From Selaginella moellendorffii (Eukaryota > Plantae > Lycopodiophyta), in assembly GCF_000143415.4 (NCBI RefSeq), contig NW_003314349.1:9172-73171 (forward strand): a DNA stretch of 64,000 nt, written 5' to 3'. Position numbers and translations under genes: made by a program. Below, piece after piece: positions 11,620 through 22,388 of the stretch (position 1 is its first letter; every line of letters begins with the position of its first letter). The notes beneath the pieces are model-generated. The model was not told the origin of the DNA. It worked only from the letters and a program-made list of their open reading frames with translations, and ran no database searches.

Positions 11620-12280
11620 TAAGTTCTACACACTGAGCAAGCGGGAACTCGCAGTGCTCTTGTGCACTTGTGGCATTGCCAGGGATCTTGAGCAGGCCAG
11701 GTGGCTCCATGCGAGGATTCTGTCAAGCAGCAGCCATCACAGCAATAGATTTCTCTGGAATTTGGTGGTTCAAATGTATGGGAGGTGTGGTGATCTCCAG
11801 AGTGCAAAGGAGTCCATTGCGCAGCCCAATGCCTTCTCCTGGAACATCATGATCTCTGCTTGTGCTCAGAATGGCTGTGCTGAGGACGTGATACTCGTGT
11901 TCCAGAAGAATCCTCACAAAAACCAAGTTTCCTGGAATGCATTGATCAGGGTGTTTGCTGAGAAAAGCAATCTCCATGCTGCAAGAGAGATTTTTGAGAG
12001 GATACCTGAGCTTAGGAGCGTTCTCTCTTGGAACATCATGATCTCTGCCTACACACGGTGCAGACAATTCTTCCAAGCAAAGGATTTATTTGATAGAATG
12101 GACATTTGAGACACTATTTCCTGGAACATCATGATCCAAGCTTACAGTAACTTTGGAGATCTTTCCAGGGCAGAGCAATTGTTTCGATCAATGCCAGATT
12201 GCAACATTGGATCCTGGAATTCCATACTTACAGCATATTCAATTTCTGGGCATTTAGAAAAGGCCAAGTGAATTTTTAAA
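11620..12280 (+). pseudogene. PLS-class PPR pseudogene fragment
   Basis: Repeated motifs NLVVQMYGRCGDL, FSWNIMISACAQNG, VSWNALI, LSWNIMISAY, ISWNIMIQAY, GSWNSILTAY. In-frame TGA at 12107-12109 and ~12269 where Arg is expected. Truncated by AT-rich DNA. Confidence 0.85.
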
Positions 12281-13139
12281 CTCTTCTCGGCTCTTCTTTG
12301 GATTTGTTAATTTATAAGCATTTTGCTTGACCTTCACCAAAGGCTAGACAATAAAAAAAGGCCCTCATAAAGTGAAAGGGAAAGATATACCTTGCAACAA
12401 GCATAAAATTGATTGGGTTATTAAAAAATATTTTGCCATCATTTTGAGTGTGCGAGTGCAAAATGCTTGTAAAATTCTTTGGCAGCCACCACTCTTCAAT
12501 CTCTTCTAATGATATATTGACATAGGTGTTGAAGAATATGAATGTATCATCTAGATCATTATAAATGTGCGGTGTTAAAAACTTTTTACATTTGCTTATA
12601 GTTTGTGTAATGTAGATAACCTTTTTCATCATGTTCTCAAATACTTTTGGAAATCTTTTTTTTTTATTCATCAAGTAGATATTGAGGAACTCTAAAGTCT
12701 ATATCTATTGCTTGTATGAAAGCTTATAAAGATGATCTCACTAGAGATGCTGACAACTTATATTTGCCAATATGATCAGCCCAATATGCAACTTATAGGT
12801 ATAACATAATTTCTAAAATCTTTCCTATTATATATTATTTACATGTATTTTTGATATAGAAACATGCCATTTGAAGGACTAATTTACACTCGACTTGTTG
12901 CAAAGAGTGTAATAGATGGAAGAATGTACCTAACAATATTTACAAAATTTCCAAAGGCACAAAAGATAGAATGCCCTTGAAAGTTGGAGCTCATAAGGAA
13001 TAAGACTTTAGAAGGAATTATCAATGCTAGTAATGATGGCAATGCCAATGATGATGGAGAGGAGCATGAAGTTCTAGATCAAGCTTGCGTTCCACCACCA
13101 GATAGCCAAGTTCAAACTCTAGTTCAACTATCAGACAGC

Positions 13140-15245
13140 CAAGATCCGGATCCAACAACTATCAAATCCCACTATACTAATATTAGTATATGGCATTGTA
13201 ATTGTACATTTTGACCTCACATCATCCACTCCTTTGGGAATGATGGAAAACTGTTAAAGTTTTCTCTTGGATAAGCCAAAATCTAGAGGAATATCAAGAG
13301 AAGATATTATTGGATTTGTAGGTGGTGTTAGTTGTTTTTGATCCCTTTGTATGAAGCATTTTAGTTGCTGCATATGCAAAATTTCTGGAGGATTAGCCTA
13401 CTAGAGTTCATGTTGAACTTCATAAACTTGTGGTCCCACTTGCTATAACATTTAATATGGTCCTTTCCACTGAGCAAAGAGCCCCTTAGATAAACCACGT
13501 ACCATAACATTGGGAAAACAGACTAATACCAATTTATTCACTTTGTACTTCGTAGGTTGATAATGATAAGAGTTGTACCACCATTGTTGTTCCACTTATA
13601 TGTAGCTTAGGTGTTTGGCAAACTCTCTACTTAGACAAGTGGAAGAATGCTCATTAAATACTAATCCCACTAACTTAGCATCGGTAGCTTATGGCAATTG
13701 CGAAGGTAAACTCAACTCTATTGGTAATATTAGATTATAACCATATAGGATTTACATGGTGAAACATCAACAAAACTCTGCACCCTTGTGACATACACAT
13801 ACAAAAGAAATAGCAAATAACTATTCAAATCCAAATGTTGAAAATTTATGTACTTCAAATCATCCATTTAAAGGTTCGAACGAGTTATTTCACCAAACTG
13901 TTTAACTGTGGATGATAAACACTTATGAAAGTGTGGCATATCCTCAACCAAGATGTCAAAATGTGAAATGCTTTAACTATAAATTTGGGACCATTATCCG
14001 AAAGAATCTGCTCTAGACAAGAATGCTAGTACACCATTGAGAAAGAAATATCTAACAGCAGTAGCAAATGTGCTAGCAAGACCACCAACTTCCACTTAGT
14101 GACTTAAGTAGTTTGAGGCAATAATGATATACTCATTGCCAATAATCAATCATGGAAAAAGCTCCATCAAATCAAACGCTACTAACTCAAATAGACGGGA
14201 AACTACAATTAACTCCAACCATCTTTTTACAACATGAGGGGGAGTATTACAAGTTTGGCACTAAACATAACTACTCACGTACTAAATAACATCACATTGT
14301 AGCTCTGACCAATAGAAAGACTTACACAGCTTCTCGACTACACAATAATATCTTATATGTTTATCTAGAACAGAAGAATCATGGTAGGTGTGACGAAAGT
14401 GTGGAATAAAGATCAAAAGCACCACTAGCTGTAAATAATAATCAGGATCCATCCCCACAAAATAAATAAAACTATCCTCAAGGCGATATTGAGAATATAA
14501 ATGCTAAAATAGCAAGAAATTAGTAAGTGATGCAAAATTCTCAAACCCATTGCAAAGTCTTTGAATCCACAGCTCAATCTTTTGAGCCTCACGAACCTCA
14601 TCAAGAGAAGGTAAATATTGTTTTACATCTTGTGGACACTAAACATCAAATATAACAACTGCTAATGACAAATCTTCATCTAAAAAATTTACAGATATTG
14701 GAACAATAGGCTTGTCATAAACATGAAAAAAGAGCAAAGATGGAAGAGGAGCTTGAGAAAGGGCATCAACATCAACCATAAAACTCTCCAAATAATGAAC
14801 AATATCAAAATTATATATCTGAAGTTTCAAAGCCCACTAAATAGTATGACTAACCAAGTTCTTCCACTTTAATAATGAAGTAATTATAGCATGATCATAT
14901 TTTAGTAATGTTTGAGAACCATGTAGATATATATGAATTTTCTTGAAGCCCTAAACTATTGCTAAACACTCCTTTATAGTGGAGTCATTCACCTCCATTG
15001 GTTGTAATATACACTTGATATATGCAATAGGATGGCGTTGATTAGACACACTCAAGCTTTTTTGCATCAACACACCTCCAAAACTGACAAAATGAAAACT
15101 CAAGTGTAGTTAGGATATGCTAAAATTGGAAGAGTTATCAATAGTCCTTTAAGATCTATAAACATTTGCTCATAATCCACAAGGCAAATAAAAGACAACG
15201 TTAATGATTTTAATAACACTTGCAATGGTGCAGTACAACCCTCAA
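13140..15245 (-). mobile_element. Second, inverted and more decayed copy of the 4473-7762 Ty3/gypsy element (RNaseH-integrase-PPT-partial LTR), cut by assembly gap
   Basis: Colinear reverse-complement similarity to ~5330-7680 (e.g. ORF KLQIYNFDIVH...VDALS). LTR start TGTGAGG at 13221 with the shared TATACTAATATTAG motif. Confidence 0.85.
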
Positions 15246-16091
15246 NNNNNNNNNNNNNNNNNNNNNNNNNNNNNNNNNNNNNNNNNNNNNNNNNNNNNNN
15301 NNNNNNNNNNNNNNNNNNNNNNNNNNNNNNNNNNNNNNNNNNNNNNNNNNNNNNNNNNNNNNNNNNNNNNNNNNNNNNNNNNNNNNNNNNNNNNNNNNNN
15401 NNNNNNNNNNNNNNNNNNNNNNNNNNNNNNNNNNNNNNNNNNNNNNNNNNNNNNNNNNNNNNNNNNNNNNNNNNNNNNNNNNNNNNNNNNNNNNNNNNNN
15501 NNNNNNNNNNNNNNNNNNNNNNNNNNNNNNNNNNNNNNNNNNNNNNNNNNNNNNNNNNNNNNNNNNNNNNNNNNNNNNNNNNNNNNNNNNNNNNNNNNNN
15601 NNNNNNNNNNNNNNNNNNNNNNNNNNNNNNNNNNNNNNNNNNNNNNNNNNNNNNNNNNNNNNNNNNNNNNNNNNNNNNNNNNNNNNNNNNNNNNNNNNNN
15701 NNNNNNNNNNNNNNNNNNNNNNNNNNNNNNNNNNNNNNNNNNNNNNNNNNNNNNNNNNNNNNNNNNNNNNNNNNNNNNNNNNNNNNNNNNNNNNNNNNNN
15801 NNNNNNNNNNNNNNNNNNNNNNNNNNNNNNNNNNNNNNNNNNNNNNNNNNNNNNNNNNNNNNNNNNNNNNNNNNNNNNNNNNNNNNNNNNNNNNNNNNNN
15901 NNNNNNNNNNNNNNNNNNNNNNNNNNNNNNNNNNNNNNNNNNNNNNNNNNNNNNNNNNNNNNNNNNNNNNNNNNNNNNNNNNNNNNNNNNNNNNNNNNNN
16001 NNNNNNNNNNNNNNNNNNNNNNNNNNNNNNNNNNNNNNNNNNNNNNNNNNNNNNNNNNNNNNNNNNNNNNNNNNNNNNNNNNNNNNNNNNN

Positions 16092-16490
16092 CAAGATAGC
16101 TGGCCTAAGCTCAACCTCAGGCACTTTAGGGGCTTGGGGGGTTAAGTTTATTTAAATAACCTTGACACCCTAGGCAGCCAAAGTGCCCAAAATACCTAGT
16201 CTGAGTGACCTTGGGCATTTTAGAAGCTCTGGGGCCGAGGTTATTCAAATAACCTTGGACTACCAGACACTAAAGTGCCTAAGGTGGTTGGTCTAAGCTC
16301 AATCTTAGACACTTTGGAGGCCTAGGGACTGATGTTATTCAAATAAATTTGGCCCCTTTGGCGGCCAAGGTGCTTGAGGTTAAGTTTAGGCTAGCCACCT
16401 CGGGCATTTTGGTAGCTTTGAAGTTATTCAAATAACTTTGGCCCTCCAAGCCCTTAGAGTGCTTAAGGTGGCTGACCTTTCACCATTAGC
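16092..16490. repeat. Array of four ~90-bp palindromic units centred on GTTATTCAAATAAC
   Basis: Centres near 16150, 16245, 16340 and 16428, with GCACTTT...AAAGTGC-type arms. Linkers occur in both orientations. Confidence 0.75.
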
Positions 16491-19400
16491 CATCTTTAGT
16501 ACTAGAAATTAGTTTTAGGGACTAACATAAAATTTACTAAATATACAATGGTATTAGATTGTGAATTTAGATGTGGGACCAGCACCATTATATTTAGAAC
16601 AATCTCTACATTCTGTAAATATGCTAAATTAGCAAATTTAGACACTTTCAACAAATAGTAATTAAAATTGAATAGAACTAACATAAGGTGTATAATTGCA
16701 AGGGTGTTTGGCAGACATGGTAAGCTATCATTTGACAAATATTAAGGGACCAAGCTCAATATCATAGGGGTTCCAAACATTAGCAAGTGCAAGTCAATGA
16801 ATGAGTAACACTCGTTTATGCCAATTATTGCACTAGCCAATTTGTATAGATCCTGATCAACAAGACAAAGGAACTCAAATTATTTGAACATATTAGCAAC
16901 ATGTTACTGATATCTCAAACCTAAAAAAATAATCCAGAATAAACCACAAAGAATATGTGATAATGTGAAAAACCATAACTTATCAAAGAGAACATCTAAC
17001 TATCATGAAAGATAATTAATCATCTCATTAATGAAGAAATGTATAATTATCATTGAAAAAAGAATCTACCATTCCGAAGAATGGCAAATCATTTTATATC
17101 AACAATAATCAAACAAAACCTTTAATAAGAATAATCAACTATTCTAGATGATAATCAATCATCATCAATGATTGCCAAATGTAAAATACCAACTTCAATA
17201 TTGAAGCTAATGAGCTAAAATGCCTTTCCCTAACAACTCCTAACAAATGGAATAATGAACATAAAAATTCAAGGAACTAAAAGCTCAAAGAAGTCTATAG
17301 CAAAGTCTTGCTTAACAATGATCATAAATCTTAAACTAAACTTCATAATGCAAAGCTAATGAAAAGCATTTTTGCATCAATCCAAAAGCTAAGCATAACT
17401 CAACAAATGACCACTAACCCGATCCTCTATGAATTCATCTATAGCAAAATGTAATTCACTTTATAACAAGCACAAAAGAAATCATCAATAATCGATATAC
17501 CCCATTTTAAATCCAACAAAGATTCAAACATTTCAATATCAATCATTAACTCTTGCTCTCATGAAGTTAGTGTAGTCTATGGCAAAATTAAAGCTAAAGC
17601 TCAACCCCTATTAAACAATCTCATCTAGAACATAATTAACTCAACTTACCACTTAGTATGAAAAGTCTTCAACGAAGTTTACAAGTACACTAGTCGCAAA
17701 GCAACTAACAATCACTCTTTCAACCATTCTTCCATAAAACTGAAACACTAAACTCATGCCATCAAGTCATATACTTGTCCAATATGAATGTAATATCCTA
17801 GGTATGAGATAAAAGTTTATAGACAAGCATAAACTAAATAATAACTTGAATCCAACTTAATCGGAATAAACTCACTAATACATCTAGCCAACAACTTTCA
17901 ATTGTAACTAAAGTGAAGACCATGATATGGATTTATATTGATACATAACCTCCTCATAAACAAAGTTATAATATGGGTACTAAAACATTAACCTCAAATA
18001 ACTAAATTGGACATCACCATACTCAACCAAGGCGTAGGGCCACCAAGATTAAGTTAGGATCAATGAGAGCTCACTACTCTTATAGAGTTTAATAAAATGC
18101 AAGATGCAACTTATCATTAAACATAATATTATAAAAAAAAAGGCACAAAGGTCAATTTTCTAGAAAAGTGCAATAGCCACTTTTCTAAACCAACTCCAAA
18201 CTTTATCTAACTCAATTGCCTTAGCCCTAAAAGCCAGCATCCTTTAAGGTCGCATTATATAAACTACATACTAAAATCTAAGCTAACTAAAGTCAATTCC
18301 AACCCTTTTATTAATTTGTAATGGCTTTCAAAAATGGAATGGTTTTTGAGCAAAATAATCAACAGATCAACTATTGGAAAAGTTTAAGAAAATTTGTGGA
18401 AAATTTTCCATCCTAGTGAAAGAATGACTCTCAATTTAAGAATATAAATTTTCAAGGCTCAACAAACTTCCTCCTACCAATGACTTTACATAAGTTCACC
18501 TCAACACAAATTTTCATAACCCAACAACAAATATCATGCCTATATTTCTAACATCCAATACCGACATTTGTAAAATACAAAATGAATATCCAAAGTTTGA
18601 TCATGAAAACTATATCTTCGGATATCCACATTGCACAAATACTCTTCAAGATCTAATGTGAAGCGAAAACACTAACAAAAAAAATGACATGGAAAATCAA
18701 GCTCTAAAGAAAATTCTTCATCACTTGAAATAATAATGCCACTTCCACTAACACAAGTGTTAGTAATGTCAATGCCTCAACATCACACTTTCACCATCCA
18801 ATAATCTACTCCAAATGCAACAGATTCACTAACAAGCGATAGCAAGTGAATGTTATAACCTTTTCCAACACTTTAATAAAAAACTTTCAAAGAAATAAAG
18901 TACTAATTTAAGCTTAGCATAATTCATCAACATTGAGAATTTAGTCAAAGTTACTACAATGTTAGTACTTGCAAGTAGACTAGCTTCGATATTAACCACT
19001 TTAGGGTTGATCATTATTTAGCCAAGCAACTTCATAAACACTTTGTTCATTATCATATGGATATGATATAAAAAATCACAATGACTTGATCAGCAATCAA
19101 GCAACACTATAAATAATGCCCATGCCATTACTTCAAAGGTTTATGTGAGTATCAAGTGCCAACTCGATTTGACAAAATGCAACATAAATGCCACACTCCA
19201 CTATAGTTACGAACACAGCCGGGATCCCAATTGTGTTCGCCATGTTTCATGAACACGGCCATGGGTTGTGTTCCACGGCCCTATTCATGAACAATGTATA
19301 CTATTGTGAACACGGGCTGTGATCCTGGGCATGGTTGCCAGGATCACAGCCTGTATTCATCACACCAAAGTCTTAGGGTGCACATAACAATCTAGGGTGC

Positions 19401-20865
19401 ACCTCCATCTCATCCTAGCTCTTAACCTTACTTGCTGCCATTGCCACTACCAATTCTGGTAGTACCACAGCCGCTATTGCCACTATCAATTCTAGCTACG
19501 CCACAGCCGCCTCTGCCGCTCCATTTGCCACAGATTGAAAGGCACTTCATTTGCCTTGCTGCTGCCAAGCATGGTGCAGCAATCTAGCATATTGCAAGGG
19601 TGAAAACATCCTTCTTCACAGTGTGGGACAAGGTAAGTGTGCTTGAGAGCAAAGGGTATGGCCACAAGCTGTAGTCATGCAAATATTACACAATGGTGTA
19701 CAAGCTTAGTGGCATTGATCATATGCAAGCTCATCTGTTGGGAGAAGGCCTAGGTAGCAGGGATATTGTGAATTGCCCCTTTATCCCAAGTAACAAGAAG
19801 GCAAAGCTGGTTAACATGCAAAAGGTTATTGACTCTAAGAAAGGCACAAAGGGGAAGAAATAGCCAAATGTAGAATTTTTAGTGCCAGCAATGTTATCCC
19901 AAGCAAGTGGAAGTGGCTGCCTTTCTTCATTGTTTAGTAAATAGAGCTAAGTCCATATTGTAGATTTAATGGATCCAAAGTGGAAGAGTCAAGTTGATGC
20001 AATGATTGAAAGGTTTTTTTAAAATGAACACATTCCATTTGTGAAGGCTTGGTCCCATTACTTCCTCAACATGATCTAGGAAGTTGCCAAGCATGGTGTG
20101 CCTTATACACCACCAAAATATGATGATCTTCGAGAGAAGCTTTTGTTGAAAGAGAAAGAATTTATTGACGTTGAGATGGCATCCATGAAGAAGTAATGGG
20201 AGTAGAGGGGTGTAACCATATGTGCAGACAAGTGGGCAAATAAGAGGAATCAGCATATTATGGGGTTTGTGGCATATAGTCAAGGATGGGTAGCTTTTCT
20301 GAAGGTTATCAATATTTCCTCAATAGGAAAAACAGCTGAGAATACTTTGCATTGTTAGGAAGAAGGCATTAGCATTGTAGGTGTAGAAAACATTGTCATG
20401 GTTGTAGTGGATGGGGAAAATGCAAATAGAGTAGCAGCAACATTTCTAAAATAGAGGTACTTGAAGATTTAATAGGCAACATGTTTTGCCCATTGCTTGA
20501 ACACTACCTTAAAAGACTTCAGTGAACTTCTATAGATGGTAACACTTTTGGAGTGAGGAAAGACTTTGGTGAGCTTTTTCAGGAACCACTCTCATATGGT
20601 GATGTTGCTAGCAAAGTTTACTCACAAGCAAATGCTATACTATTGTGATATAAAGTTTGGCTACAACTTCATTATGATGGAGAGGCTGGTGGAGCTCTAG
20701 GAAGTTCTACAATAGATGTTCGTATGTCTTGCGTACAGAGCAAGGCCTAAGCCAAAGATGAGAGCAGGCAAAGACAATTATGAAACCGTTTTTGATGACC
20801 ATTTTTGGGAACAGGTTAAGGACATATTAGAGGTGTCTGAGGATGTTATGTTGCTACTTCATCTT

Positions 20866-22388
20866 TGTGAGACACAAAATCCCTAGGCCCCAAAGTGGAG
20901 CCGGAGGGGTGCCACGTGGTAGTGGCTGAAGCGAAAGCCAAACGAGCGTAACACGTTTGGACTAAAAGCTCCGCCTTGAAAGGTCGAGAGCGGGAGTGGA
21001 ACCCCTAACAAAGTACTTGAGGAATGAGCACGAAGCGAGCCATAAGCGAGGCTCCAAAAAGGGACCCGAAATGGACCCGAGATAGAGTCCGAGATGGAGT
21101 CCGAGATGGACCCGAGATGGAGTCCGAGATGGAGTCCGAGATGGACCCGAAATGGACCCGAGATGGAGTCTGAGATGGACCCAAGATGGACCCGAGATGG
21201 AGTCCGAGATGGAGTCCGAGATGGACCCGAGATGGAGTCCGAGATGGACCCGAGATGGAGTCCGAAGTCGAGACCGAGACCGGGACCGAGACCGGGACCG
21301 AGATCGAGACCAAGATCGGGACCGAGACCAAGACCGAGGCCAAGGCCGAGTTCGAGTCCGAGTCCGAGTCCGAGTCCGAGTTCGAGTCTGAGAGGGTGAA
21401 AGCCCAAAGCGTTCATCTCCCAGACCCTGGGGGGTTAGTGAGCTCCAAAAGTATAGTTGGGGGTTGGAGCCCAATGGAGCCAGTTTGGCCCCGGGAAGGC
21501 CAGTTTGGCCCAAGAAGGCCATACCCAGTGTTGGGTGATGAACTAACCACTGAGAAGTCCAAGACTAGAGTGAATACGGACCGACAAGCGAGGTAGCTTA
21601 GTGAAGTGTTCAAGAGCCGGCTCTAGTTCCCTCGGGAGATCGACTAGCCAATGCTCCCAGTCCAAGTGTGGGTGGCACTACCTACTTGGATACCTGTCGT
21701 GGCTCAACGGAACCTCGCTCTAAGCCCATGGCTAGAGCACTTAAAGGCGAAAGGCGAGGAAAGTACCCATGAGGCTTGCGTAAGGCCACGGTGTTCCGAA
21801 ATGTTGTCCCAAAGTCCCAGACTGTGGAAAGGAAGAGGAGTAGCCCTCTGGTGTGGTGACAAAGGACACAGTCACCCAGTGAGGAAGTCCCAGAGGACAA
21901 TTGGACTTAGAGGTCGGGCCTGTGGGCCTTGATCCAGTGGCAGTGTTGGTGAACACGGCCATCGACAGAGAGGGACTTGGTGGGGACCGAAAAAGAGATA
22001 TTGGGGAAGGTTATTCCCTAAGTCTGCGAGCATCCTAAGGATGCTAAGGAGTGGATATGGGATGATCACTCATGGATGGATGGCCTAGTCTATGAGAGAC
22101 AGGATTGCAATGTAGGTGGTGTTGGACCACTGATGTGACCAAGGTGAATAGGTATGGCCTCAGCGTAACGGGCTGATATGTCGGTGGTACCTTGGGGTGT
22201 CGATCATGGGATCGGACATGTGGAGCACTTAGACCAAGTGCAAAGGTTGAGTGGCATGGATGCCATTTTCGGGGCTAGCAAGCCCCAAGTCCTAACTGGG
22301 ACTTGTGGAGGTTGGGAATGAGACTCCTCCAAGTGGTCGGAGGTGTGGTTAAGTGACTAAAGTAAAATGGAAAAATTAGTCGCTTACA
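20866..22388. mobile_element. Solo LTR (1523 bp) inserted in the hAT transposase
   Basis: Begins TG, ends CA, perfect 5-bp TSD ATCTT (20861-20865 / 22389-22393). Removal restores transposase frame LLLHLVDND. GC- and CpG-rich relative to the host. Confidence 0.88.
21061..21390. repeat. Compound 6/12-bp minisatellite (GATGGAGTCCGA / GATGGACCCGA grading into GACCGA and GTCCGA)
   Basis: Directly visible tandem units inside the solo LTR. Confidence 0.95.

Noticed and set aside
12107-12109. PPR stop codons as read-through or editing sites
   Set aside because: CGA>TGA deamination in a truncated nuclear fragment is the simpler explanation.
15204-16155. Long ORFs spanning N runs (also 24768-24968 and 40160-40971)
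   Set aside because: Artefacts of assembly gaps and the TA microsatellite.
16092-16490. Palindromic repeat arrays (also 58390-59290) as CRISPR
   Set aside because: Repeats are degenerate, intervening sequences are homologous to one another, there are no cas genes, and the context is eukaryotic.
20883-21596. RS/RD/GL-repeat ORFs resembling SR proteins
   Set aside because: Produced in all frames by a stop-free minisatellite inside a solo LTR; no RRM.
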